Notes: generated by a model from the sequence alone, not told the origin. Shown: positions 38,096 through 48,450, counted from the first letter of the stretch. The stretch is DNA of 64,000 nt from an uncultured Planctomycetia bacterium (GCA_964483625.1 CAZABB010000006.1:2129-66128); one strand, 5' to 3'. Numbers and translations are program-made.

Positions 38096-39415
38096 ATGGT
38101 CTTAAAAAATAAAGTTATATCGCTTTCAGAATTTGAAGAAATTCCCCTCTCTGAGCTTGAGGTAAAGATTGGCAAACGAGGCATCAGGCTTTTGAAGAGG
38201 ATTAATTCCCGGAGCGGTTGCGAGATTTTTCGCCTCTTGCATGATAGGGTTAAGGCTTCTCATTATGTGGGTTTTGTCCGTGTTCTTGGTTACACGATTC
38301 AGGTCGTGCCTAAAGTTTTTGGGGAGGACAAGCCGGATAATCTCCATTTCCTTCTTTGCCTTTTGAGATATACAAGGAAGATTCAGGTCAAGGAGCACGA
38401 AATCGGTAATCTGGGGAAGGTCAAGGATGACTTTTTCGAGATATTGATTTTCTTGTTTGCTAAGGCTCTTCGGGAGCTTTTGCGGAGGGATTTTAAAAAG
38501 ACGTATGTTGTCCGTGAAGAAAATAGTCCGTTCTTGAAGGGAAAATTCTTAATCAGTGAGAATGTCAGGCGGAATATTTTTGATGATTCGAGGTATTGTT
38601 GCAGGTTTGATGAATTCACTGAGAATAATTTGATGAATCAGCTCTTTAAGTATGTTGTTTCGATGCTCATAAGGATATCGAGGTCTGTGTCCAATAAGAA
38701 GCTCCTTGAGGATATCCTCATATATTTATGTGATGTTGAATTGGTGAATATTACCTGTGCGGATATTGATAGGATTCACTTTACCCGTCTCAACAATTCA
38801 TATGAGCCGTTGGTAAACCTGTGCAGATTATTCCTTGAAAACATGAGCATCCGTTTCTCAGCTTCCAAGCTCGAGACTTTCGTGTTCATGTTTGACATGA
38901 ACAGGCTGTTTGAGGAATTTGTCTTTGAGTTCGTTAGAAGAAACAGGAGTAAATTGTTTATTGGCGGGGAAAACGAAGTTGTTTTTGTTAAAGACCAGAT
39001 TTATATTGGCAAGCTGTTCGACGAATTCAAGATGCGAGGGGATATTCTCATTAAGGACTCTTCAGGCAGACTTATTTTGTTGGATACGAAGTATAAAACT
39101 CTTGATTCATACGCCCTTCATGGGCGTTTGTCTCAAGCAGACTTTTATCAGATGTTTACTTATTCGACATCGCAAGAACAAAAGTATGAGGATGTAATCT
39201 TGTTGTATCCTTCCAATGAAGAGGTGGCCGAGCCTTTCACTGATAAAGAGCTTAGGCATGTTATAGCTGGAAAAGAGACTGTTAAGATTCATGTCAGAAC
39301 AATCAGTCTTACTAAAATATTCAATGCGGAAAAGAAGTCAATTAATGAGACGGCGATGATTGAAGAGTTAAATAAAGCATTTATGTTGCCTTCTGCTAAT
39401 TTGGTATTGAGGTGA
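38096..39415 (+). CDS. mcrC: McrC-like restriction endonuclease subunit
   Basis: Starts 5 nt after the mcrB-like stop. C-terminal PD-(D/E)xK core LILLDTKYK, McrC-like length. Confidence 0.75.
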   Translation: MVLKNKVISLSEFEEIPLSELEVKIGKRGIRLLKRINSRSGCEIFRLLHDRVKASHYVGFVRVLGYTIQVVPKVFGEDKPDNLHFLLCLLRYTRKIQVKEHEIGNLGKVKDDFFEILIFLFAKALRELLRRDFKKTYVVREENSPFLKGKFLISENVRRNIFDDSRYCCRFDEFTENNLMNQLFKYVVSMLIRISRSVSNKKLLEDILIYLCDVELVNITCADIDRIHFTRLNNSYEPLVNLCRLFLENMSIRFSASKLETFVFMFDMNRLFEEFVFEFVRRNRSKLFIGGENEVVFVKDQIYIGKLFDEFKMRGDILIKDSSGRLILLDTKYKTLDSYALHGRLSQADFYQMFTYSTSQEQKYEDVILLYPSNEEVAEPFTDKELRHVIAGKETVKIHVRTISLTKIFNAEKKSINETAMIEELNKAFMLPSANLVLR

Positions 39416-39447
39416 CAAGGTAGTGACGTTTTGCCGGAGGAATAATA

Positions 39448-40305
39448 ATGAAAAAACCTATGATTTCCAGATATATTTCAGATGAACGAATTTTTGAGGA
39501 TATTATCTGCAAAGATTTTGAGTTCCTTGTGGATAAGATAAAGCAGTCTGGCTTTGAGTATTCGCTCGAAATCAGGGAAGATTACTTTAATCTGTATTAT
39601 CAGGGTAACAGTATAGGCAAGATTACCTTTCGAGCTCGCAACAGGGATTATAAAGTTGGAATCAATAAGAAGTTTGTTGATAAGAAGATGAATGACCGTT
39701 TTGATGGTCAGAAATCAGGTGACTATGTTGATTTCTTCATTTCTCCAAAGAAATTGCAGTCTTTTTTCTCTGAAGCTAATTTAAGGTTTCTCAGCCAGAA
39801 GGTCAGGGACGTGAATTATCAGGAGGAGATTGCTTTTGAGCAGATGATTATGACTGATAACGTCGGCAGACCTGATTTTGTCGTAATTGACAGGCAGGTG
39901 GTTGACCACTCGAGCAGGGAGAAGATAGATTTGCTTGGCCTCAAAAGGGTTTCTGGGGATAATTTTCAGTTTTGCGTGCTTGAAGTAAAGCTGGGAAAGA
40001 ATGAGGAATTGAAAGGCGCAGTGAGCGGTCAGCTAAAGCGATATGTCAGGAGGGTTACAGACCATTTTGAAGAATATAAGCAGTGTTATGAAAAGAATTT
40101 TGAGCAGAAAAAGATATTGGGTTTGATTAATAGCATAGAAAAGGTTTGTATTGTTAAGCCTGTCCTCGGCATTGTTGTTGTAGGTGGCTATGGCGGTTTA
40201 GCAGAACCGAACATAAAAGAACTTAGAGGCAAGGATAAAGATATCAGGATTCTTCACATAAAGAACGAGATAGACTTTAACAAAGTAGAGCCAAAATGCA
40301 ATTAA
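39448..40305 (+). CDS. NucS/DUF91-like PD-(D/E)xK nuclease
   Basis: GRPDFVVID...FCVLEVKLGKN nuclease core in the C-terminal half. Confidence 0.55.
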   Translation: MKKPMISRYISDERIFEDIICKDFEFLVDKIKQSGFEYSLEIREDYFNLYYQGNSIGKITFRARNRDYKVGINKKFVDKKMNDRFDGQKSGDYVDFFISPKKLQSFFSEANLRFLSQKVRDVNYQEEIAFEQMIMTDNVGRPDFVVIDRQVVDHSSREKIDLLGLKRVSGDNFQFCVLEVKLGKNEELKGAVSGQLKRYVRRVTDHFEEYKQCYEKNFEQKKILGLINSIEKVCIVKPVLGIVVVGGYGGLAEPNIKELRGKDKDIRILHIKNEIDFNKVEPKCN

Positions 40306-41561
40306 CTATTTATCGTGGCACTAAGGAAATCGGCGGTTCTTGTGTTGAGCTTCAGACCAGGAATGCAAGGCTTCTTGTCGATTTCGGTCTTCCTTTGAGT
40401 GATGAGACTTTTTCTAAGGACGTTAAGAAGAAGTCCATGAAGGATTTCATAAGGGATGGATTGCTTCCTGACGTTGAGGGATTATATGATAAGCCGGGCT
40501 TTGACGCTGTTCTGCTGAGTCATGCCCATCAGGATCATTACGGCCTTCTTTCCTTTGTGCATCCCGATATTCCAATCTGCATGAGCCGGGGCACGAAGGA
40601 GCTTGTCGAGCTCAGCTATCTTTTTGGCCAGACAAACTGCAACCTTAAGAATGTCAGGGTCGTGGAGGCTTGGAAGACTTTTGAAATAAAGGATGTCAGG
40701 GTGACTCCTTACCTTGTTGACCATTCAGGCTTTGACGCAATGGCTTTTCTCATAGAAGCCGACGGGAAACGAATCTTCTATACTGGCGATTTCAGGGCGC
40801 ATGGAAGAAAATCGGTGCTTTTCCGCTCCATGATAGAAAATCCTCCGAAGGATATTGATTACCTGATTATGGAAGGCACAATGCTTTCAAGGGAAAATGA
40901 GGAACGCAAGACCGAGGATGATGTCGAGAAAGAGCTGGTGTCTCTTTTGAAATCTCAAGGCAATCTCACTTTTTTGTCCTGCTCGTCCCAGAATATCGAC
41001 AGGCTTGTTTCTGCATACAGGGCGTGCATGCAGACGGACACTTTGTTTGTAGTTGACCCCTATACTGCTTATGTTCTTTATGAGCTGAAAGACATCTCGA
41101 AGGGACTCCCTCAATATGATTGGGGCAGGAACATGAGGATATTTTTCATCCCGAACAAATACACGGACAAAGTTCTTAATGGGAAAAAGATGTATCAGTT
41201 TAAGAGGGCGAAAATCACAAAAGAAGAAGTGTTCTCTCTTGAGAAAAAAATGCTTGTTAAGGATTCTTACACCATGAGGAATATCTTCAGGAACAAGCGG
41301 TTGCTCAAAGGCACTTCAGTCATATATTCGCAGTGGGAAGGATATCTTGATGACATAAAGGAATTCTGGGATAAGAATGGGGTTAAGATTATACAGGTGC
41401 ATGTCTCAGGCCACGCTTACGTTGCGGACTTGATTAAGTTCGCACAAGCGGTAAAACCTAAGAACATTATTCCTATACACACTGAGAGGGCAGAAAGATT
41501 TAAGGAATTATTCGATGCAAATATAATCTCTGTCAATGATAGGCAGAGAATAGATTTATAA
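40296..41561 (+). CDS. metallo-beta-lactamase fold beta-CASP nuclease
   Basis: MBL motif SHAHQDHYG, beta-CASP motifs (YTGDF; ...HVSGHA). Overlaps the previous gene by 10 nt. Confidence 0.7.
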   Translation: MQLTIYRGTKEIGGSCVELQTRNARLLVDFGLPLSDETFSKDVKKKSMKDFIRDGLLPDVEGLYDKPGFDAVLLSHAHQDHYGLLSFVHPDIPICMSRGTKELVELSYLFGQTNCNLKNVRVVEAWKTFEIKDVRVTPYLVDHSGFDAMAFLIEADGKRIFYTGDFRAHGRKSVLFRSMIENPPKDIDYLIMEGTMLSRENEERKTEDDVEKELVSLLKSQGNLTFLSCSSQNIDRLVSAYRACMQTDTLFVVDPYTAYVLYELKDISKGLPQYDWGRNMRIFFIPNKYTDKVLNGKKMYQFKRAKITKEEVFSLEKKMLVKDSYTMRNIFRNKRLLKGTSVIYSQWEGYLDDIKEFWDKNGVKIIQVHVSGHAYVADLIKFAQAVKPKNIIPIHTERAERFKELFDANIISVNDRQRIDL

Positions 41562-41777
41562 GGAATTCTGGTGAACTATAAAGAAATACCTATGGATGTC
41601 CGTATTGACCGTATCGGCTCTCTTCTCGCTAAGGCCGTTCATCTGGCTGTCTTGAAGGAGAGGTCTGATTTCTTTGTTGATTCTTCTGGCCGGGACATAT
41701 TCGGGGAGTCTTCGGATTGTTGATTTTCCTCTCTGTGGAAAAGATTTATATAGCTGGATTCTAAGGAAGGTTCGTTT

Positions 41778-42503
41778 ATGAAAAGAAAAAAAGGTTCTTC
41801 TGTCCGCTGGTTCGGCGACTGGGCGAATGAATATGATTCTACCTTAGGCAGTATGGGGTTTCATTGCGGTCTGCTGGATTTGGTCGTTTCGGTCTCGGGC
41901 GTCAGGGATTCTGACAGGGTTCTGGACATCGGGTGTGGGACTGGCCTTCTGAGCCTCAGGTTTTTGAGGGCTTCGGAGTGTTCGGTTGTGGGTGTCGATA
42001 ATTCCCGAGAGATGATTGGGATATTCCGTGAGAAGATTGAGAAGCTTGGCATCGGAGAAAAAATGAGACTCAGCCTGATGGATGCCTCTTCTCTCAGGTT
42101 CGGCAAGGAAAGTTTTGATGTTGTGGCTTCTACTGTTACGCTTCATCACCTAAAAGACAAGCTGAAATCCCTGAAAACTATCCATAAGATTCTCAGACCC
42201 AGCGGTAAACTGGTTATCGGAGATATCGACATGGACACTACCGGAAAGCTTACTGATGAAAGAAGGATGAGAAGGATTCTCGATGTCCTTGCCGATGAGT
42301 GGATTTCTGCCCTGAAAGAGTCGGGAATTGACAGCTTTGAGAGGATGTTTGACAACGGGAAGAAGCATATCCTTAACGACGGGGAATATTGCATCGACTT
42401 TAAGCAGTGGTCGAGATTGTGCAAGAAAGCAGGTTTTAAATCAGTATCAGTAAAATCTGTTCCAGGACACAGCAGGTTTAAGGTTCTGCTCGCAAGAAAG
42501 TAG
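41778..42503 (+). CDS. class I SAM-dependent methyltransferase
   Basis: Motif I VLDIGCGTGLLS, Methyltransf_11/25-like. Confidence 0.65.
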   Translation: MKRKKGSSVRWFGDWANEYDSTLGSMGFHCGLLDLVVSVSGVRDSDRVLDIGCGTGLLSLRFLRASECSVVGVDNSREMIGIFREKIEKLGIGEKMRLSLMDASSLRFGKESFDVVASTVTLHHLKDKLKSLKTIHKILRPSGKLVIGDIDMDTTGKLTDERRMRRILDVLADEWISALKESGIDSFERMFDNGKKHILNDGEYCIDFKQWSRLCKKAGFKSVSVKSVPGHSRFKVLLARK

Positions 42504-42513
42504 AGCTTGCCTT

Positions 42514-42675
42514 ATGAAAAAGAATACGCAAAAAGAAGAGAAGAAAGCCTCTCTCCGCAATGATCTTACTCTGCCTTTGACTGTTCTTGAGATGATTGCC
42601 GACGGGAAAGATGTGCCGAAGAAAGATGTTTTGATTGCATTGAAAGAAATCAGAAAAGCAGCAGATAATCTTTGA
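42514..42675 (+). CDS. hypothetical small protein (53 aa)
   Basis: MKKNTQKEEKKASLRNDLTLPLTVLEMIADGKDVPKKDVLIALKEIRKAADNL. Not in the ORF track. Confidence 0.2.
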   Translation: MKKNTQKEEKKASLRNDLTLPLTVLEMIADGKDVPKKDVLIALKEIRKAADNL

Positions 42676-42730
42676 TTAAAAAGGAAAAAGATTATTAATC
42701 TTGAGAACATGTACTGGAGTAAGGTCGATA

Positions 42731-43621
42731 ATGGCAAAGAAAGAAAAACATGGCTGGATTTGGGATGAACAGGAGAAAGAATTGATTCTTTCTCTTAAAA
42801 GCAAACTGCGAACGAGATGTTTGCAGCTTAATACGCAATTATCACGATTTGAAGAATCTTTACCTGCCTATTCTGAAGAGGCTAATAACACTGCAAAACC
42901 TTATCTAAATCTTGCAGACGAATTGTTATCGCTTGATGGACGAACAGCAGGACGGAAATATCAGCAGATGTCGCCTGAGGATGTACGGGGGGCACTTAAA
43001 AGACTGGAAATCCTGTATCAGGCATGGGTATTGTTTACTAATAGGGCAGACATACAGGAAGCTATTCGAGAGAGAAACAGGGATATGAGAAAAGAAGCAC
43101 GAGGATTTAAGTCTGCCGCTTTGAAAAAGATAGAGAGCGAAGAATACAAAAACCAGCTTGAGATGATAACGGATGCTTTGATAGTTCAGGCCGGTCAAGT
43201 GGTTCCTCTCAGCGGAGGGTTTCTCTCTCCATCTAAATTAGACAAAAAAGACAAAGAAATCCTGCAGCGGCTTCTCCTCGTTCATTTCGTCAGATTCTCA
43301 TACGAATTCCATGCAGACAGAAAAGAACAAATGCGGAAATTCTTAGAAGCGCATCCGGAGGGGACATTAAAGGATGTGATAACCCATGCTGTTTATATAG
43401 TCATTAAGAGCCATATTCTAAAATCTTCCCCCATGATTTCTCCTCAAAAACACATCCAATCCCTGTTTCTTAACTCTTTTGAAGGCCTGACTCGAAGTTT
43501 TGCGGAATGGAGGGATAAGAAACAATCTCTCAAAAAGCTTGATAAGGATTATTTCACCATTTTAGGGGCAGATTTTTCATTAACAGCTAAATCGGAAAAG
43601 GCTAAGCCACGAAAGGGATAG
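42731..43621 (+). CDS. hypothetical protein
   Basis: About 296-aa helical protein. ATG at 42731. Confidence 0.4.
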   Translation: MAKKEKHGWIWDEQEKELILSLKSKLRTRCLQLNTQLSRFEESLPAYSEEANNTAKPYLNLADELLSLDGRTAGRKYQQMSPEDVRGALKRLEILYQAWVLFTNRADIQEAIRERNRDMRKEARGFKSAALKKIESEEYKNQLEMITDALIVQAGQVVPLSGGFLSPSKLDKKDKEILQRLLLVHFVRFSYEFHADRKEQMRKFLEAHPEGTLKDVITHAVYIVIKSHILKSSPMISPQKHIQSLFLNSFEGLTRSFAEWRDKKQSLKKLDKDYFTILGADFSLTAKSEKAKPRKG

Positions 43622-43623
43622 AT

Positions 43624-43854
43624 TTATTCCTTTACGCAGATTATGGTCTTTCCGTCGAATAATGAATTGCAGGATAGACAGAACCAGACACCTTTTAATG
43701 GTATGATTTTCCCTTCCGAAGAATCCTCGCCGAGCAATAAAGAGCAGTTCTCAAACCTTTCATAAGACTTGTCCGCTTCTCGCCAGCCAGCAACCTCAGA
43801 AGTGTTATAACTGCCACAGCCGGGGCATTTTTTATCAGGTGATTTGTCAGGCAC
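43624..43854 (-). CDS. zinc-ribbon small protein
   Basis: CPGCGS...CLSCNS motifs. Confidence 0.35.
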   Translation of the reverse strand: MPDKSPDKKCPGCGSYNTSEVAGWREADKSYERFENCSLLLGEDSSEGKIIPLKGVWFCLSCNSLFDGKTIICVKE

Positions 43855-43993
43855 TAAATATCTCCTTTAAAGAAAATATAGCATATATTTCTGATAGGGG
43901 CATATTAAAGAAAGCTGTATTGATGGGGGTGAGGGAGTTAATGGCTGTTGTTAAGAGGATTTGAATTTTTTTCTGAATGGGTTGTGTTCGAAT

Positions 43994-44569
43994 TTATGCA
44001 CTTTGAATAGGTGGCATTCTTTGCAGAGGGTCATCGTATTTTTTTCCCAGTCTTTCCACCATCCCCTTTCTCATCTCATGCCTTCCATTCTCCCAGTCCA
44101 GCAGTGTAGAAGGGTCTATCCCTAACTCCTCTGCCATCTCCCTGTGGGTCTTCAGCAGGCTCAGGCGTAGTGCTCTCAGAACAATTCCTTTATTAGCTTC
44201 TCCATTCATTAGTCTTTGTTTGATCTCTTCGTGGTTGAAGAGAAGGGACTTTTCTATGCTGTATCTTTTTGACAGGGTTTCTTTGAGGACTTCCTGCGGT
44301 ATCTGTATCTTTTGTAGGATTAGTTTCAGGCTTCTTATCTCTGGTGTCCGTTTGTCCTGTTCCCATGCGAGGAGTATGTCCTGACTGCATCCGATTTGTC
44401 CCGCCATCTGTCCGGCGGTCATTTCCCTGTCTATCCTTTCCTTTCTCAGATACTGCCCGAAAGTCTTTGGTTTTGTGGTGTAATAGCCTCTCTGTTCGAG
44501 CAGGTCTAATTCAAGCTGTATGGTGATGGTAAGTGTTTCCCGTCGGTCGGTTTGCTTTGTGTTACGCAT
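43994..44569 (-). CDS. XRE-family transcriptional regulator (two HTH domains)
   Basis: Two HTH_3-like repeats ([40 protein letters not shown] and [28 protein letters not shown]). The annotated ATG lies in the attR core (cCATGc). Confidence 0.6.
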   Translation of the reverse strand: MRNTKQTDRRETLTITIQLELDLLEQRGYYTTKPKTFGQYLRKERIDREMTAGQMAGQIGCSQDILLAWEQDKRTPEIRSLKLILQKIQIPQEVLKETLSKRYSIEKSLLFNHEEIKQRLMNGEANKGIVLRALRLSLLKTHREMAEELGIDPSTLLDWENGRHEMRKGMVERLGKKYDDPLQRMPPIQSA

Positions 44570-44585
44570 GGACAGGGGTTCATCG
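44553..44585. repeat. island right junction (attR-like): gtgttac-GCATGGACA-ggggttcat
   Basis: The comM N-fragment frame (AAMNPCPC) switches to island sequence after the CPC codons. Repeat partner of the 10,621-10,629 site. Confidence 0.5.
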
Positions 44586-45624
44586 CCGCAATCGATAAAA
44601 ATCGGGCCGGTAGCCGGACGCGGCGTGAAGCCCGGGCGATATGAACCGACCCTTCCTCAATCGGCTGCCGTAACGCCTCCAGAGAACTGCGGGAAAATTC
44701 CGGCAGTTCATCGAGGAACAATACGCCGTAATGAGCCAGAGTAATCTCCCCCGGCTGAACGCGTGTCCCCCCTCCCACCAGCGCCACTCCCGACGCGGTA
44801 TGGTGAGGATTGCGGAACGGTCGCCTTTTAAGAAACGGCCGCTGAGGGTCAAGCTCACCGGCAATGCTGTAAATTCTGGTAACCTCAAGCGCTTCCTCAT
44901 AGGACATATCCGGCAAAATCGTCGGGACCCGGCGAGCCAGCATCGTCTTCCCGACCCCGGGCGGGCCGATGAGAATCATATTATGCATCCCGCTTACGGC
45001 GATCTCCATCGCTCTTTTGGCAAATACCTGCCCTTTTACCTCATCAAAGTCAACGGGATAACGAGGCGTCACTCCTTCAAGTTTATCCTCAAGAGACGGC
45101 CGGACCGGTTCTTTAGGAATCGTCCCCGAAAGAAATCCTACCGCATCTTTCAGACTCCTTACCGGATATACCTCTACCCCTTCAACCAGAGATGCCTCAA
45201 GAGCATTGCCCTGGGGAATAATCAATTTCTTCTTGAGTTCTCTCGCTTTCAGCGCGGCGGGAAACGCACCGGTTATGCCGCGAACACCTCCCTCCAAGGA
45301 AAGTTCACCCAGAATTAGACAATCGGAGAACACGACGGATATCTGCCCTGACGCCTGCAAGATTCCCAATGCGATGGCAAGATCGAAATGAGAACCTTCT
45401 TTTTTCACGTTCGCCGGGGCGACATTCACCGTTATCCGCTGCGCCGGGAAAAGATAGCCGCTGTTTTTTACGCCGGAACGGACCCGATCCCGGCTTTCCT
45501 TAGCCGCGGTATCAAGCATCCCGACCAGAGATACAGCCGGCAGGCCGCGCTGGGAATCGACTTCGACCTCGACCCGATGAAGCTCAAGACCAGAATATGT
45601 GAGAGAAAAAAGCTTGGCGACCAT
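44566..45624 (-). pseudogene. comM: comM/yifB Mg-chelatase-family ATPase, N-terminal fragment (island-interrupted)
   Basis: ChlI/Lon-like N-domain, Walker [17 protein letters not shown], Walker [12 protein letters not shown], ends AAMNPCPC at the junction. The ORF continues 20 codons into island DNA to a stop at 44506. Confidence 0.8.
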
Positions 45625-45864
45625 AATCGGTTCTTCTGTTTTGATCTATTGTATGCCGGAAAGATAGGAGATGACAACAGGAAACTACTGTCCCGGTTCT
45701 CCTTTTTTCTGTCATGGTTCCACCTGGAAAAACCGCATCATACCGGGAAAACCTTTAAAATATTACGCCGTGTGGTAAAATACACCATCCTGGCAGTTCA
45801 CCCGTGCTTCCGTTATCCCGTTGTTATGAACGGGTAAACGCAAAAACGGGCTAACCCGAAACAT

Positions 45865-47808
45865 ATGAAAAAATATTCGTTAGATTCATTCCAGACTCCC
45901 CATACGGTCGAATTCGACGGCAATCTGAATGAACAACAACGCAAAGTCGTCCGGGAAGCTGACGGTCCGGCTCTGGTTTTAGCCGGCGCCGGCAGTGGCA
46001 AAACCCGGGTGCTTATCTACCGTCTGGCACATCTTCTGGAAACAGGCATCCCGCCCCAAGAAATCCTTCTGGTCACCTTCACCAACAAAGCCGCGGCCGA
46101 GATGTCGCACCGGGCCGAAAGCCTCCTGAAACGAACATTGAATGATTTGTGGTCGGGGACATTCCACCATATCGGCAACGTGATTTTACGGAAAGAGGCC
46201 GCGGTCTTAGGCTATACCTCCAATTTTACGATTATCGACCGGGAAGATTCGCTCGATTTTTTCGACGACTGCATCGAAGAACTCGGGCTGGACAAACGGG
46301 ACAAACTATTTCCCAAGAAAAATGTCATAAGCAATATCTGGTCGCTTTCGGTCAGCTCCCTGAAAGAATCCGAAGAAGTCATAAGTTCTTGTTATCCCCA
46401 TCTGGAAGAATTCATCCCGGCGATAAAAAAAGTCATCCATCTCTACGGCAAGAAAAAGAAAGAAGCCAATGTTATGGATTTCTCCGATTTGCTGTCGAGG
46501 TGGCTCCAGCTTATGCAGAATGAATCCCTGGCCGAAAAGTACAGCCGCCTGTTCCGCTATATCCTCGTCGACGAGTATCAGGATACCAACCGTATTCAGT
46601 TCGAACTCCTCCAGAAAATATCTTCTTTCCACAACAACATTCTCGTTGTCGGCGATGACGCCCAGTCCATCTACTCATTCCGCGCCGCCGATATCAATAA
46701 TATCCTTGATTTTCCCAAGACCTTCCCCGGCGCACGGATATTCAAACTGGAAACCAACTACCGTTCCTCACCCCAGATCCTTTACCTGGCAAACCAGATC
46801 ATCAAACATAACATAAACCAGTTCCCCAAAGAATTAAAGGCGGTAAAGAAAGGGGGTGAAATCCCGGTAATCGTAAAAACCAAAGATGTCTACGGTCAGG
46901 CCCGTTTCGTCGCCCAGAGAGTCCTTGACCTCATCCGCGAGGGAATGACGCTGAAAAATATCGCCGTTCTATTCCGTTCCCGGTTTCAAGCGCTGGAGCT
47001 GGAAATGGAACTACTGAAACGGAATATCCCCTACATCGTACGGGGCGGAATGAGATTTTTCGAACAATCGCACATTAAAGACGTCCTTTCTTACCTGCGT
47101 TACCAGATGAACACCCGCGATGAAATTTCATTTAAACGCGCCGTCTGCCTGCATCGGGCCATCGGCCGGGGGTACGCTGCGAAAATATACCATAAATTGA
47201 ACCAGGAGGGGAAGAATTTCGCTGCGGTTACAAAAGAACTGCCGAAACGGCAGCGGGAAGGCTTCAAAGAATTCACCCGACTCATCAGTCAGATCGACAA
47301 GAACTCATCAGCCGAGCAAGCGGTACGCACGATCATGAAATCCTACCAGGATCATTGCTATCTTTCTTTCGATAACCCCCAAGACCGTATTCAGGATCTT
47401 GAAGAACTGGCAAAAATGGCTCACAGTTACGCGGGCGTAAAAGATTTCCTTCTCGATTTAGGCTCATATGAGGAATTTAAAGGGGAAACGGTAGTGTCGC
47501 CGAGAGACTCAAATGAACTTCTCGTCCTTTCAACCATACATCAGGCAAAAGGTCTTGAGTGGAACGTTGTATTTTTTATCGGGTTCTGTGACTATGAATT
47601 CCCTCACCCGAAATCGCTGGGGACACCGGAATCCATCGAGGAGGAACGCCGCCTGTTTTATGTGACGGTAACGCGGGCAAAAGACGAATTATATATTGTG
47701 TACCCGGAAACAAAATATACCTACCGCAACGGTTTGATCATTACCCGTGCTTCTCAATTTTACTGGGAGTTGCCGGGCTCAGCATTTGAAGAATGGGAAG
47801 CAATATAA
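45865..47808 (+). CDS. UvrD/PcrA/Rep-family ATP-dependent DNA helicase
   Basis: Walker A AGAGSGKTRVL, motifs TFTNKAAAEM and VDEYQDTN. Confidence 0.85.
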   Translation: MKKYSLDSFQTPHTVEFDGNLNEQQRKVVREADGPALVLAGAGSGKTRVLIYRLAHLLETGIPPQEILLVTFTNKAAAEMSHRAESLLKRTLNDLWSGTFHHIGNVILRKEAAVLGYTSNFTIIDREDSLDFFDDCIEELGLDKRDKLFPKKNVISNIWSLSVSSLKESEEVISSCYPHLEEFIPAIKKVIHLYGKKKKEANVMDFSDLLSRWLQLMQNESLAEKYSRLFRYILVDEYQDTNRIQFELLQKISSFHNNILVVGDDAQSIYSFRAADINNILDFPKTFPGARIFKLETNYRSSPQILYLANQIIKHNINQFPKELKAVKKGGEIPVIVKTKDVYGQARFVAQRVLDLIREGMTLKNIAVLFRSRFQALELEMELLKRNIPYIVRGGMRFFEQSHIKDVLSYLRYQMNTRDEISFKRAVCLHRAIGRGYAAKIYHKLNQEGKNFAAVTKELPKRQREGFKEFTRLISQIDKNSSAEQAVRTIMKSYQDHCYLSFDNPQDRIQDLEELAKMAHSYAGVKDFLLDLGSYEEFKGETVVSPRDSNELLVLSTIHQAKGLEWNVVFFIGFCDYEFPHPKSLGTPESIEEERRLFYVTVTRAKDELYIVYPETKYTYRNGLIITRASQFYWELPGSAFEEWEAI

Positions 47809-47889
47809 AATATCAAAAATCAAAAACAGGTTTTTTCTTTCTTATTTTTTATGTTTGATATGTATTTTTAATATTTGTTATTTGCTTTT

Positions 47890-48450
47890 TTATTTTTTTG
47901 AGGAAATAAGGCTTAACGCTTCTTCTCTGGTCTTCTGATTGGAACGGAAGATCCCGCGAACCACACTGGTCACGGTCGTTGCCCCCGGTTTTTTCACCCC
48001 CCGCATCGTCATACAGAGATGTTCGGCTTCGATCACCACCATGACGCCTTTGGGTTTGAGTTTTTTCATGATCACATCGGCGACCGAAGTCGTAAGGCGC
48101 TCCTGAACCTGGAGTCGCCGGGCCAGACAATCCACAACCCGGGCAATCTTACTCAAACCCGTAATGCGATTCTGAGGGATATAGGCGACATGCGCGGTTC
48201 CGATAAACGGAAGCAGATGGTGTTCGCAGAGTGAATACAGCGGAATACCCTTGATCAGGATAATCTCATCGTGCTTCTGCTCCAGGAAAATATCCAGTTC
48301 ATCGGCCGGATCTTTATGTTCCCCCGAAAGTATTTCTTCATACATGTCGGCGACTCGACGGGGTGTGGTCGCGATATCTTTACGCTTAAGATCGGCACCG
48401 ATGCCTTCTAAAATGATTTTCGCCCCTTGACCTATTTTTTTCTTATCCAT
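47890..48450 (-). CDS. folE: GTP cyclohydrolase I
   Basis: CEHHLLPF and HLCMTMRGV motifs. Confidence 0.85.
   Translation of the reverse strand: MDKKKIGQGAKIILEGIGADLKRKDIATTPRRVADMYEEILSGEHKDPADELDIFLEQKHDEIILIKGIPLYSLCEHHLLPFIGTAHVAYIPQNRITGLSKIARVVDCLARRLQVQERLTTSVADVIMKKLKPKGVMVVIEAEHLCMTMRGVKKPGATTVTSVVRGIFRSNQKTREEALSLISSKK

Larger units (their letters stand above)
10621..44574. mobile_element. ~34-kb integrative genomic island inserted into comM (serine-recombinase type)
   Basis: It is bounded by the two halves of one comM ORF. It has a large serine recombinase at the left end plus two internal tyrosine recombinases. The cargo is AT-rich and holds R-M, McrBC-like and transfer-remnant genes. 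Confidence 0.75.

Noticed and set aside
10621-44574. Island as a prophage
   Set aside because: No terminase, portal, capsid, tail or lysis genes. The content is recombinases, defence genes and transfer remnants, which fits an integrative island or IME better.
44731-45837. Plus-strand ORFs 44731..45318 and 45388..45837
   Set aside because: Antisense to the comM N-terminal fragment, or in its upstream intergenic region. No motifs.
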